NCBI GenBank assembly: GCA_965243135.1
Contig: OZ251539.1
Span: 2,176,001-2,240,000 of the forward strand
Length of the DNA: 64,000 bases
Direction of reading: 5' to 3'
DNA from: Alphaproteobacteria bacterium
Lineage (GTDB): Bacteria; Pseudomonadota; Alphaproteobacteria; MPNO01; UBA830
Both the position numbers and the translations under genes were made by a program. Under the pieces are notes generated by a model, which did not search any database, was not told where the DNA came from, and saw only the letters and a list, made by a program, of their open reading frames with translations. This document shows, in pieces, positions 11,981-34,120 of the stretch. Numbering within the stretch: the stretch's first letter is position 1; every line of letters starts with the position of its first letter.

Positions 11981-12709
11981 TCACGCCCCTTCCGCCGCGG
12001 CCGCCTCGGCGGGCGGCTCGTCCGCCGCGCCCGACGGCGCCCTGACGGACCCCGGGAAGGGAACGCCTTCGGGAAGCGGGCGCTTGCGCGCGTCGGTCAC
12101 CTCCACCCAGGTCCCGTCGTGGCCGGGCACGCCGCCTTTGACCATGATCAGGCCGCGTTCGGGATCGGTCCGGACGACGAGCAGGTTCTGCACGGTGACT
12201 CGCCGCGCGCCCATGTGGCCGGCCATCTTCTTTCCCTTGAAGACCTTGCCGGGGTCCTGGGAGTTGCCGGTGGAGCCGTGGCTCCTGTGGCTGATCGAGA
12301 CGCCGTGCGTGGCTTCGAGGCCGCCGAAATTATGCCGCTTCATGCCGCCCGCGAAGCCCTTGCCGATCGACGTGGCCGCCACGTCCACGAACTGGCCGTC
12401 GACGAAGTGGTCCGCGACGATTTCCGCCCCGACTTCGAGCACGGCGTCGTCGGCCACCCTGAACTCGGCGAGCCGGCGCTTCGGCTCGACGTTCGCGCGC
12501 GCGAAATGCCCGCGCATCGGCTTCGAGACGTTCTTCGGCTTCGCGGCGCCGGCGCCGACCTGGAGGGCCCTGTAGCCGTGCTTTTCAGGGGTCTTCACGT
12601 CGACCACCTGGCAGGAATCGACCTGCAGCACGGTAACCGGCACGTGCCGGCCGTCTTCGGTGAAGACGCGGGTCATTCCGACCTTCCGCGCCAGGAGTCC
12701 CGAACGCAT
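11981..12709 (-). CDS. rplC: 50S ribosomal protein L3
   Basis: KVGMTRVF...[13 protein letters not shown]...HRSHGSTG...KKMAGHMG. Confidence 0.98.
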   Translation of the reverse strand: MRSGLLARKVGMTRVFTEDGRHVPVTVLQVDSCQVVDVKTPEKHGYRALQVGAGAAKPKNVSKPMRGHFARANVEPKRRLAEFRVADDAVLEVGAEIVADHFVDGQFVDVAATSIGKGFAGGMKRHNFGGLEATHGVSISHRSHGSTGNSQDPGKVFKGKKMAGHMGARRVTVQNLLVVRTDPERGLIMVKGGVPGHDGTWVEVTDARKRPLPEGVPFPGSVRAPSGAADEPPAEAAAAEGA

Positions 12710-12718
12710 CGCCCGCTC

Positions 12719-13027
12719 CTACAGCTTGATCTCGACGTCGACGCCGGCCGCGAGATCCAGCTTCATCAACGCGTCGACCGTCTGCGGGGTCGGGTCGACG
12801 ATGTCGAGGAGCCGCTTGTGCGTCCGGATCTCGAACTGTTCGCGCGACTTCTTGTCGACGTGCGGCGAGCGCAGCACGGTGTATTTCTCGATCCTGGTCG
12901 GCAGCGGGATGGGGCCGCGCACCTCCGCTCCGGTCCGCTTGGCGGTGTCGACGATCTCGCCCGTCGACGCGTCGAGGACGCGGTGGTCGAAGGCCTTGAG
13001 CCTTATGCGGATGTTCTGGCTGTCCAT
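12719..13027 (-). CDS. rpsJ: 30S ribosomal protein S10
   Basis: [14 protein letters not shown]...GPIPLPT...[14 protein letters not shown]. Confidence 0.99.
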   Translation of the reverse strand: MDSQNIRIRLKAFDHRVLDASTGEIVDTAKRTGAEVRGPIPLPTRIEKYTVLRSPHVDKKSREQFEIRTHKRLLDIVDPTPQTVDALMKLDLAAGVDVEIKL

Positions 13028-13034
13028 GGCTTCG

Positions 13035-14225
<1,191 letters not shown>

Positions 14226-14239
14226 AAGTCGCCTTCCCC

Positions 14240-16309
<2,070 letters not shown>

Positions 16310-16332
16310 GGCCGGAAGTCCCGTCTTTCCCT

Positions 16333-16815
<483 letters not shown>

Positions 16816-17187
16816 CTATTTCGGCCGCTTGGCGCCGTATTTGGAGCGGCGCTGGCGGCGGTCCGACACCCCCTGGGTGTCGAGCGCGCCGCGGATGATG
16901 TGGTAGCGGACGCCGGGAAGATCCTTGACGCGGCCGCCGCGGATCATCACCACGGAGTGCTCCTGCAGGTTGTGTCCCTCGCCCGGAATGTAGCTGGTCA
17001 CCTCGAACCCGTTCGTCAGCCTCACGCGCGCCACCTTGCGCAGCGCCGAGTTCGGCTTCTTGGGAGTCGTGGTGTAGACCCGCGTACAAGCGCCGCGCTT
17101 CTGCGGACACTTTTCCATGGCCGGCACCTTGTTGCGCGAGACCTTGGCCTTGCGCGGCTTGCGTATCAATTGGTTGATCGTCGGCAC
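16816..17187 (-). CDS. rpsL: 30S ribosomal protein S12
   Basis: PTINQL...[11 protein letters not shown]...[12 protein letters not shown]. Confidence 0.99.
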   Translation of the reverse strand: MPTINQLIRKPRKAKVSRNKVPAMEKCPQKRGACTRVYTTTPKKPNSALRKVARVRLTNGFEVTSYIPGEGHNLQEHSVVMIRGGRVKDLPGVRYHIIRGALDTQGVSDRRQRRSKYGAKRPK

Positions 17188-17327
17188 GCTGTCCGTTCCC
17201 CAATGCGCGGGCGTTCAAGCCGGCGTCGCCGCCGTTGCCAGCCAGGCCGGCTTACAACCCACGCTGTTTTCTGATCCTGCTTTCTTCCGTCCGGCGCCGC
17301 CGCGCGCCCGGCCCGGTCGAGGGGCGC

Positions 17328-17356
17328 AATATAGCGACGCGATTCCGCCCCGTCAA
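17328..17356 (-). promoter_or_regulatory. sigma70-type promoter for str operon
   Basis: TTGACG (17356-17351), 17-bp spacer, TATATT (17333-17328), between rpoC and rpsL. Confidence 0.65.
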
Positions 17357-17385
17357 CACGTTTTCTCCGTTTTCTCGCGCGGGCG

Positions 17386-21543
<4,158 letters not shown>

Positions 21544-21585
21544 CGACCGTCTCCTTCCGGTCCGGCGCGCCGGACCGCGGGTTCG

Positions 21586-26079
<4,494 letters not shown>

Positions 26080-26115
26080 GGAGACCTCTCGCGAATTGGG
26101 TAACGGAAAGCGCGG

Positions 26116-26493
26116 CTACTTGACCTCGACGGTCGCGCCGACCTCTTCCAGCTTGGCCTTGATCTGTTCCGCCTCGTCCTTGCCGACGGCTTCCTTGACC
26201 GTCCGCGGCGCGCCTTCGACCAGTTCCTTGGCTTCCTTGAGCCCGAGGCCGGTGACGGCGCGCACTTCCTTGATGACGTTGATCTTCTTTTCGCCGAAGG
26301 ACGCGAGGACGACGTCGAACTCGACCTGCTCCTCGACTTGCTCGGCGGCCGCTTCGGCGCCGCCGGCCGCGGCGACGGCGACCGGCGCGGCCGCGGACAC
26401 GCCCCACTTCTCCTCGAGCATCCTGGAAAGCTCGGCGGCTTCCAGTACGGTCAGGGCGGACAGGTCCTCTACGATCTGTTGCAGTTCAGCCAT
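26116..26493 (-). CDS. rplL: 50S ribosomal protein L7/L12
   Basis: LTVLEAAEL...[10 protein letters not shown]...[15 protein letters not shown]. Confidence 0.98.
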   Translation of the reverse strand: MAELQQIVEDLSALTVLEAAELSRMLEEKWGVSAAAPVAVAAAGGAEAAAEQVEEQVEFDVVLASFGEKKINVIKEVRAVTGLGLKEAKELVEGAPRTVKEAVGKDEAEQIKAKLEEVGATVEVK

Positions 26494-26540
26494 TTCACGT
26501 TTCTCCTGGATTGGTCGTGGTGTTCAGCGTTCGGCATGGG

Positions 26541-27071
26541 CTACCGCTGCGCGGCGCCTTCTTTCTCCTGCCCTGCATAGGCCGCGAGCGCGCGGGCGAG
26601 CTGTCCGCCGGGGGCCTGCACGGCCGCGGCGATGCGGGCGGCCGGCGTGCGGATCGTGCCGACGATTCGCGCCCGCAACTCGTCGAGCGACGGCAACCTG
26701 GCGAGCGCGGCGACCTCGGCCGCGTCGAGCGCGCGGTTGTCGAGTCCGCCGCCGAGGATGACGAACTTGCGGTTGTCCTCCGAGAACCGGACGGCCGCGC
26801 GCGCGGCGGCGACCGGATCGTCCGAACAGGCGATCGCGGTCTGGCCGGCGAACAGCCCGCTCAGGGCCTCGAAGCCGGTGCCCTCCAGCGCGCGGCGGGT
26901 GAGCCGGTTCTTGGTCACCCTGAAGCTGGCGCCCTCCTCGCGCATCCGGCGGCGCAGTTCCGTAGACTCCGCGACCGTGAGGCCCTTCGGGCAGGTGACG
27001 ACGACGAGCGTCGCCGCCGACAGCGCATCGCGCAGCGACGCGACGACCTCTTCCTTGCGTGTCCGATCCAC
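26541..27071 (-). CDS. rplJ: 50S ribosomal protein L10
   Basis: GLTVAE..ELRR...VTKNRL...LARLPSLDELRA. Confidence 0.96.
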   Translation of the reverse strand: MDRTRKEEVVASLRDALSAATLVVVTCPKGLTVAESTELRRRMREEGASFRVTKNRLTRRALEGTGFEALSGLFAGQTAIACSDDPVAAARAAVRFSEDNRKFVILGGGLDNRALDAAEVAALARLPSLDELRARIVGTIRTPAARIAAAVQAPGGQLARALAAYAGQEKEGAAQR

Positions 27072-27138
27072 TCGGAACGTCTCCTTCGCGTGGGGGCGGG
27101 CGCCTCGGGCGCCGCTCTCCCGGTTCAGGTCCGGCCGG

Positions 27139-27831
27139 TCAGCCTTGCGCGGCGCGCTCGAGCAGCGGCGCCACCTCGAGTCCGACTCCCGGGCCCATGG
27201 TCGAGGAAAGCGAAACCTTCCTGACGTACGAGCCCTTGGCGCCCGAAGGCTTGGCCTTGTTCACCGCGTCGACCAGGGCGCAGACGTTCTCCGCGATGTG
27301 CGACTCGGGGAAGCTGACCTTGCCGACCCCGGCATGAACGATGCCCGCCTTTTCCACCCGGAACTGGACCTGGCCGCCCTTGGCGTCGCGCACGGCCTTC
27401 CCGACGTCCTGGGTGACGGTGCCGAGCTTCGGGTTGGGCATCAGGCCGCGCGGGCCGAGCACCTTTCCGAGCTTGCCGACCACGGGCATCATGTCGGGCG
27501 TCGCGATGCATCTGTGGAAATCGATGTCGCCGCCGCGGATGGTTTCCGCGAGATCCTCGGCCCCGACGACGTCCGCGCCCGCCTCGCGCGCCTGGTCGGC
27601 CTGCTCGCCGCGGGCGAAGACGGCCACGCGGGTTTCCTTTCCGGTTCCCCGGGGCAGCGAAACCATGCCTCTGACCATCTGGTCGGCGTGGCGCGGGTCG
27701 ACGCCCAGGTTCATGGAAATCTCGACGGTCTCGTCGAATTTCGCGCGGGCGTTTTCCTTCACCAGCTTGACCGCGTCGTCGAGCGCGTGCAACGCGCCGC
27801 CGTCCTTCGGCGTCGATTTCTTCTTCGCCAT
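27139..27831 (-). CDS. rplA: 50S ribosomal protein L1
   Basis: AKFDETVE...[14 protein letters not shown]...[15 protein letters not shown]...SSTMGPG. Confidence 0.98.
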   Translation of the reverse strand: MAKKKSTPKDGGALHALDDAVKLVKENARAKFDETVEISMNLGVDPRHADQMVRGMVSLPRGTGKETRVAVFARGEQADQAREAGADVVGAEDLAETIRGGDIDFHRCIATPDMMPVVGKLGKVLGPRGLMPNPKLGTVTQDVGKAVRDAKGGQVQFRVEKAGIVHAGVGKVSFPESHIAENVCALVDAVNKAKPSGAKGSYVRKVSLSSTMGPGVGLEVAPLLERAAQG

Positions 27832-27835
27832 CGCC

Positions 27836-28264
27836 TCACTCCTGCACCTGGATGCCCATGGACCGCGCCGAACCCGACAGGATGCGCACCGCCGCGTCGG
27901 CGTCGTTGGCGTTGAGATCCGGCATCTTGGTTTCCGCGATCTCGCGCAGCTGCGCGACCGTCACCGCGCCCGCCACCTGCGCGCCGGGCATTTGCGCGCC
28001 CTTGGGCACGCGGGCCGCCTTCTTGATGAACCAGGACGCGGGCGGCGTCTTCGTCTCGAAGGAGAACGACTTGTCGGCGTAGACCGTGATCAAGGTCGGT
28101 ATCGGCACGCCGGGCTCCTGGTTCTGGGTGTGGGCGTTGAACGTCTTGCAGAACTCCATGATGTTGACCTGGGCCTGGCCGAGCGCGGGACCGATCGGCG
28201 GCGACGGGGTCGCCTGTCCGGCCGGTATCTGCAGTTTGATGTAGCCTTGGATTCTTTTCGCCAT
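27836..28264 (-). CDS. rplK: 50S ribosomal protein L11
   Basis: [21 protein letters not shown]...KTPPAS...GSARSMG; ATG 28264. Confidence 0.98.
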   Translation of the reverse strand: MAKRIQGYIKLQIPAGQATPSPPIGPALGQAQVNIMEFCKTFNAHTQNQEPGVPIPTLITVYADKSFSFETKTPPASWFIKKAARVPKGAQMPGAQVAGAVTVAQLREIAETKMPDLNANDADAAVRILSGSARSMGIQVQE

Positions 28265-28329
28265 CGCCGCGTTCCGCCTGCGCTGTTTCGCGCCGCCATG
28301 CGGCGCCTCGATCGCCCCCGCGAGGGGGT

Positions 28330-28881
28330 TCAGAGCTTTTCGACCTGCCCGTACTCGAGTTCGACCGGGGTCGCCCGGCCGAAGATCGACACCGACACCT
28401 TCAGCCGCGCCCGCTCTTCGTCGACGTCCTCGACCATCGCGTTGAACGACGTGAAGGGGCCGTCCGACACCCGCACCTGTTCGCCGACGTCGAAGGTGAT
28501 GGACGGCTTCGGCCGTTCGACGCCTTCCTTCACCTGGTGCATGATGCGCTGCACCTCGGCGTCGGACATCGGAACCGGGTTGTTGCCGGCGCCGAGAAAT
28601 CCGGACACCTTGGGCGTGTCCTTCACGAGGTGCCACGCCTCGTCGTTCATCGCGCTGCCGCTTTCGTTCAGTTCGATCTTGGCCAGCACGTAGCCCGGAA
28701 AGAACTTGCGTTCCGCGTTCACCTTCGCGCCGCGCCGCAGCTGCACGACCTCTTCCATGGGCACGAGGACCTCCTGGATGACGTCGTCCAGCCCCATCTG
28801 GCCCGACTGGTCGCGAATCGACTGCGCCACCTTGTTCTCGAAGCCGGAATAGACGTGGATCACGTACCACTTCGCCGCCAT
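28330..28881 (-). CDS. nusG: transcription termination/antitermination factor NusG
   Basis: [11 protein letters not shown]...FFPGYVL...[12 protein letters not shown]. Confidence 0.98.
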   Translation of the reverse strand: MAAKWYVIHVYSGFENKVAQSIRDQSGQMGLDDVIQEVLVPMEEVVQLRRGAKVNAERKFFPGYVLAKIELNESGSAMNDEAWHLVKDTPKVSGFLGAGNNPVPMSDAEVQRIMHQVKEGVERPKPSITFDVGEQVRVSDGPFTSFNAMVEDVDEERARLKVSVSIFGRATPVELEYGQVEKL

Positions 28882-28882
28882 C

Positions 28883-29080
28883 CTAGCCTCCGAGACCCAA
28901 GATCGCCTTGACGCCCACCGACAGCACCTGGTCGACCAGGAGGAAGAACACGGCGGAGATCGCGACGAAGATGAAGACCATCACGGTCGTCACCAGCGTT
29001 TCGCGGCGCGACGGCCAGGTGACCTTCGCCACCTCGCGCCGCACCTGCTGCACGAATTCGCCCGGGTTCGTCTTCGCCAT
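28883..29080 (-). CDS. secE: preprotein translocase SecE
   Basis: FVQQVRREVAKVTWPSRRET plus one TM helix; ATG 29080. Confidence 0.96.
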   Translation of the reverse strand: MAKTNPGEFVQQVRREVAKVTWPSRRETLVTTVMVFIFVAISAVFFLLVDQVLSVGVKAILGLGG

Positions 29081-29104
29081 GGCTTTCTTTCCTGCGCTGC
29101 CGCA

Positions 29105-29180
29105 TGGCAGGAGTGGAGGGGCTCGAACCCCCAACCCCCGGTTTTGGAGACCGGTGCTCTGCCAGTTGAGCTACACTCCT
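29105..29180 (-). tRNA. tRNA-Trp(CCA)
   Basis: AGGAGTGTAGCTCAACTGGCAGAGCACCGGTCTCCAAAACCGG...GGTTCGAGCCC...CTGCCA; 76 nt, encoded CCA end. Confidence 0.97.
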
Positions 29181-29190
29181 AGCGTCGCGG

Positions 29191-30381
<1,191 letters not shown>

Positions 30382-30426
30382 TTCCGTACCCTTGTGCAGT
30401 CAGTCGCGCGAAGCCGCGCCGAGGTC

Positions 30427-30500
30427 TGGAGCGGGTGAAGGGAATCGAACCCTCGTCGTAAGCTTGGAAGGCTTCTGCTCTACCATTGAGCTACACCCGC
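30427..30500 (-). tRNA. tRNA-Gly(TCC)
   Basis: GCGGGTGTAGCTCAATGGTAGAGCAGAAGCCTTCCAAGCTT...GGTTCGATTCCC...CTCCA; 74 nt. Confidence 0.97.
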
Positions 30501-30558
30501 TTCTTCATGGCCGCGTCCTCCCGACGCTTCCGGCCGTCCCGTTCCGTCCGCTGGCATC

Positions 30559-30643
30559 TGGTGGAGGGAGTTGGATTCGAACCAACGTAGGCAAAGCCAA
30601 CGGATTTACAGTCCGCCCCCTTTAACCGCTCGGGCATCCCTCC
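30559..30643 (-). tRNA. tRNA-Tyr(GTA)
   Basis: GGAGGGATGCCCGAGCGGTTAAAGGGGGCGGACTGTAAATCCG, long variable arm, GGTTCGAATCC...ACCA; 85 nt. Confidence 0.97.
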
Positions 30644-30652
30644 GCGAAACCC

Positions 30653-30682
30653 AGAATAGCCGATCCGGCACCCGTTCGTCAA
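30653..30682 (-). promoter_or_regulatory. putative sigma70 promoter for tRNA-Tyr-Gly-tuf
   Basis: TTGACG (30682-30677), 18-bp spacer, TATTCT (30658-30653). Confidence 0.5.
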
Positions 30683-30783
30683 CGCCGAAAAACGCGCAAC
30701 CGACTCTGGCCCCCGTCGCGCGTCGGCTCCGGGGGTCGCGGCCGGTTTGCCCGTTCATTTCGGGGAATATAGAGTGTCCCGCG

Positions 30784-31530
30784 ATGCGGGGCAAGCGAAA
30801 AATCAGAGGCGGCGCGCAGCGGTCGCGATCGCCGGAAAACGGCCCCGCATGGCTCTTCGGCAGGCACGCGGTCGCGGCGGCGCTGGCGAATCCGGCGCGG
30901 CGGCGGCGGCGGCTCCTCGCGACCGCCGAGGGGGCCGCGCGACTCCCGGCCGCGGACGCGGAAATCGTCGAGCGCCCGGTCCTCGAAGCCGCGCTGCCGG
31001 CGGGGGCCGTGCATCAGGGCGTGGCGCTGCTGGCCGACCCGCTGCCGGAGGTTCGTCTCGCCGACGTCGCGGCGCGGTCGCCTGAGCGAGCCGCGATGGT
31101 GGCGCTCGACCAGGTTACCGATCCGCGCAACGTCGGCGCGGTGCTGCGGTCGGCCGGCGCCTTCGGGGCGTCCGCCGTGATCGTCGCCGACCGCCATGCG
31201 CCGGAGGCGACGGGAACGTTGGCCAAGGCGGCGTCCGGCGCGCTGGAAACGGTGCCGCTGGCGCGGGCGGGAAATTTGGCGCGGGCGTTGCGAACGCTGA
31301 AGGAGGCGGGCTTCTGGATCGTCGGGCTGGACGCCGAAGCCCCGCAGGATCTGGCCGATCCGCCGGCGCGCTGCGCGCTGGTTCTCGGCGCGGAAGGAAC
31401 CGGCTTGCGGCGGCTGACGCGCGAAACCTGCGACCTGACGGCGCGCGTCGCCGGCGCGGGAGGAAGCCTCAACGTCTCGGCGACCGCTGCGGTCGCGCTT
31501 TACGAGTGGTCGACGCGAGGCGGGCGGTAA
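30784..31530 (+). CDS. rlmB: SpoU/TrmH-family 23S rRNA Gm2251 methyltransferase
   Basis: WLFGRHAV..AL.NP, HQGVAL, LDQVTDPRNVGAVLRSA, LVLGAEG.GL, SLNVS; usual neighbour of tRNA-Tyr in alphaproteobacteria. Confidence 0.9.
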   Translation: MRGKRKIRGGAQRSRSPENGPAWLFGRHAVAAALANPARRRRRLLATAEGAARLPAADAEIVERPVLEAALPAGAVHQGVALLADPLPEVRLADVAARSPERAAMVALDQVTDPRNVGAVLRSAGAFGASAVIVADRHAPEATGTLAKAASGALETVPLARAGNLARALRTLKEAGFWIVGLDAEAPQDLADPPARCALVLGAEGTGLRRLTRETCDLTARVAGAGGSLNVSATAAVALYEWSTRGGR

Positions 31531-31689
31531 CGAAGAACGACCGGGCGGCGACTGCGCGGCTCCGGTCAAGCTCCGGGGCGGCAGCCAGGTTCCGGGACGA
31601 ACCGCTTGCGCAGTTCGGGCGCGTCAGAGCGTTTCCGAAGCCTTCCCTGGCCTGTTCTCCGCATCTTTCGCTTCAGGCGGCCCACACCG

Positions 31690-31925
31690 CCGCCTCGACC
31701 TTCGATCCGGTCGACATTCGCCGTCGGCGACGGACCTGTTCGTGGCCGCGCCGGAGGAGCTGCTCGATCACGTCCGAGGCTGGGCTCTGGATAACGATCC
31801 CGAACGCGGTTTCCGCCCGCCGCGCCCTTGAGCGCGACCTGCTCGTCGTCCTCGACGAGATGCCGCGGCTCGCCGACCCCGACTCGTTCGCGCTGCGGAA
31901 GCGGGCTGCCGCCGACGCCTGAAAC
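31690..31925 (+). pseudogene. fragment of VirD4/TraG-like coupling protein
   Basis: Frameshifted STFDPVDI..TDLFVAAPEELLDHVRGW / LWITIPNAV..RDLLVVLDEMPRL (Walker-B-like), joined by deletion to LADPDSFALRKRAA tail. Confidence 0.5.
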
Positions 31926-31948
31926 TGCGGCGGGACAGGAGCCAAGCC

Positions 31949-32180
31949 CTGCCTGTCCCCCACAAATCGATACTGGACTTCTGGGAGCCGATTCGCTACG
32001 GTGCCCTGCATGGAGTTCCGGAATCAAGTCAGTCTTCGGAGCGACGGCTGCGGGAGGTGAGTGGGGTCAGTCGCAACCAATTAGCTGTTGCGCGGCGTTC
32101 GGGTTCCGGGACGCCCGCGGTCGCTTGCAACGCATGACCTGCCTGAAGGCTTTGGCCGTTCTGGAGGCGGAAGGGCACAT
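31949..32180 (+). mobile_element. remnant left end of IS4 (IS50-like)/DUF4338-type element
   Basis: CTGCCTGTCCCCCACAAAT resembles the IS50 outside end; followed by broken ORF ..CAAFGFRDARGRLQRMTCLKALAVLEAEGH, similar to the DUF4338 N-terminus at 63150-63290. Confidence 0.4.
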
Positions 32181-32429
32181 GCCGACGGCGCTCGGCCCGC
32201 TTCGAAGGCCGGCACCTGAAACGCCGGCGCCGGACGTCCCTCGGAACGCGTCGACCCGGCGTCGGAAACTCGGGAACGGAATCGCCGGACAGAGGTTCGT
32301 CAGCTGCGTTCCGCGCCGGGTCCCGGGCGCTTCTTGCGCACGTTTCCCGGTTCTCAAGGAGACGCTCTCCACCTGGCTCCGGCGGACGGGCGCAACCGGC
32401 AAGGCTGTCGCCGGCCCGCAGGCGGCCGA
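32181..32429. repeat. dispersed ~230-bp repeat, copy 1 (downstream part of VirD4-tail module)
   Basis: GGCCCGCTTCGAAGGCCGG..CCTGAAACG..GGACGTCCCTCGGAACGC...CTGGCTCCGGCGGACGGGCG recurs at ~34476-34700 and ~36385-36591. Confidence 0.92.
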
Positions 32430-32564
32430 GCGCCCTCGCGCCGGTCGTTGCGAGGCCGAGCCGCAGCATGCGCGCCGGGGCGTTTTCGGCAAGCGACGCG
32501 ACTGCGGCGGCGGAACGACGACCGCGCTTTCAGGAGGGGGACCTCCGCGAAACGACCGCGCGGC

Positions 32565-32712
32565 AACGCCGCCGCGCGCCCGGAGGGACGGCCGCCGGGG
32601 AACAAGTCACGCGACGCTCCCTTGAAACGCCGCCGCGCGCCCGGAGGGACGTCGGTCCGCGCCCACGCCAGCGCCTGCCCAGCGGCAACGCCGCCGCGCG
32701 CCTGGAGGGACG
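32565..32712. repeat. three 26-bp direct repeats at exact 61-bp period with unique 35-bp spacers (CRISPR-like)
   Basis: AACGCCGCCGCGCGCC(C/T)GGAGGGACG at 32565, 32626 and 32687; degenerate copy near 32514-32542. Confidence 0.8.
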
Positions 32713-32750
32713 GCTAGAATCGCGCCACGTCCGGAGGTTTGAAATTAGGG

Positions 32751-32780
32751 TTAACTTCCCCCCCCCCCCCCGGCTATACT
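32751..32780 (+). promoter_or_regulatory. putative promoter with C14 tract in the spacer
   Basis: TTAACT (32751-56), 18-bp spacer containing C14 (32758-32771), TATACT (32775-80), upstream of ATG 32813. Confidence 0.55.
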
Positions 32781-32812
32781 CATCTCCGAAACTTCAGGAA
32801 AGGGTATTCGTT

Positions 32813-33199
32813 ATGACAGACGCGGCAATGCCCAGCCCGGACCGCATGCTCGACGCGTACCGGAAGGTGATCCCCTTCGCGCAGGCCTATCGCGAGGACG
32901 CGGAGTTCCGCTCCCGGGTGGACGAGGATCCGAAGTCCGTCATGACCGAGCATTACTTCGACGTGCCGCCCGGCGTGGAAGTGCGCATTACGGAAGACAC
33001 GGACGACACCTTCCACTTCGTCCTGCCGCCCGACCCGAACGTCGCCCTGTCGGACGAAGCGCTCGGCATGGTCGCCGGCGGCAAGTCGGCGAGCACGATC
33101 GGAAGCGCCGGCTCCGCCAGTACGGTAAGCACCGTATGCACCACCGCGAGCTGCGCGGCAAGCGCCAGCTCCCTGGGCTCCGCGGGCACCTCGGGATAA
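32813..33199 (+). CDS. NHLP-leader (proteusin-type) RiPP precursor 1
   Basis: DAEFRSRVDEDPKSV...PPGVEVRITEDTDDTFHFVLPPDP..LSDEALGMVAGG, then core KSASTIGSAGSASTVSTVCTTASCAASASSLGSAGTSG. Confidence 0.88.
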   Translation: MTDAAMPSPDRMLDAYRKVIPFAQAYREDAEFRSRVDEDPKSVMTEHYFDVPPGVEVRITEDTDDTFHFVLPPDPNVALSDEALGMVAGGKSASTIGSAGSASTVSTVCTTASCAASASSLGSAGTSG

Positions 33200-33261
33200 G
33201 CCGGGAGCCTCGGCGGCCGACCGCTCGACTCGTTGTCCGCAATCAAGAGGAGGATCATACC

Positions 33262-33657
33262 GTGGAATTCACTGACATGACGCCCGAGGCAGTGCGGATG
33301 TACCAATCCAACTTCGCCTCGTTCAGATCGTTGTCCGATCGCTACTGGGAGGACGAGACCCTGCGCGGGCGGATCGACGCCGGGGACGTGAGAGACTTGC
33401 TCCCCGACCTCGGGATCGAGGTCTCTTCCGGCACCGACGTCCGAATCGTGGCCGACAGCGCCGATACGCGCTACCTCGTCCTGCCGCCCGACCCGAACGT
33501 CCCCCTGTCGGACGAGACGCTCGGCATGGTCGCCGGCGGCGGCAAGACCGCCAGCTCCGCCGGAACGGTCGGGACGGCGAGCACCATGGCCTGCTCGTCC
33601 GTGCCGTCTTCGGCCAGTTCCGCCGGCACGGCGGGATCGGTCGGCACCGCCTCATAA
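33262..33657 (+). CDS. NHLP-leader RiPP precursor 2
   Basis: RBS AGGAGG, GTG start; RYWEDETLRGRI...DVRIVADSADTRYLVLPPDP..LSDETLGMVAGG, then core GKTASSAGTVGTASTMACSSVPSSASSAGTAGSVGTAS. Confidence 0.88.
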   Translation: MEFTDMTPEAVRMYQSNFASFRSLSDRYWEDETLRGRIDAGDVRDLLPDLGIEVSSGTDVRIVADSADTRYLVLPPDPNVPLSDETLGMVAGGGKTASSAGTVGTASTMACSSVPSSASSAGTAGSVGTAS

Positions 33658-33671
33658 GCAGGAACTTGATC

Positions 33672-34031
33672 ATGGAAATTCATGCGAGCGACTACTTGAC
33701 GAAAGGAACCTACCTGAAGGACGTTCTCGATCCGGGATTTCGAGAACAGATGCAGGAGGCTCCAAACGAGGCCTTGACGTCATGGGGCATAGATCTCCCC
33801 CCCGACGTCGATGTCCGCGTTCATGTGAACACGGACGACACCTTTTATCTGGCATTCCCCCCGGACCCGAACGTCGCCCTGTCGGACGAGGCGCTGGGCA
33901 TGGTCGCTGGCGGCAAGACGGCGAGCACGATCGGAAGCGCCGGTTCCGCCAGTACGTTGGGATCCATACCCAGCACCGCCAGCACCGGGGGAAGCGCGTC
34001 GTCGATGGCATCTTTGGCCTGCGCGAGTTAA
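33672..34031 (+). CDS. NHLP-leader RiPP precursor 3
   Basis: DPGFREQMQEAPNEAL..WGIDLPPDVDVRVHVNTDDTFYLAFPPDP..LSDEALGMVAGG, then core KTASTIGSAGSASTLGSIPSTASTGGSASSMASLACAS. Confidence 0.88.
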   Translation: MEIHASDYLTKGTYLKDVLDPGFREQMQEAPNEALTSWGIDLPPDVDVRVHVNTDDTFYLAFPPDPNVALSDEALGMVAGGKTASTIGSAGSASTLGSIPSTASTGGSASSMASLACAS

Positions 34032-34120
34032 GCGCAGGATCTGCCTCCTCCTTTCTCCAGGCGCCGCTCAGCGGGCGGCTCCTGGGCGCTCGGGCGTCGG
34101 GAAAAGAGCGCGGCGGTTTA

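Noticed and set aside
31530-31690. Possible att site or tRNA fragment at the island boundary
   Set aside because: No tRNA 3'-end duplicate or integrase seen in the window; the boundary mechanism cannot be supported.
32029-32717. Similar Arg/Pro-rich ORFs recurring near 32.2, 34.5 and 36.4 kb as a possible gene family
   Set aside because: They are translations of the dispersed repeat in several frames, with inconsistent starts and stops.
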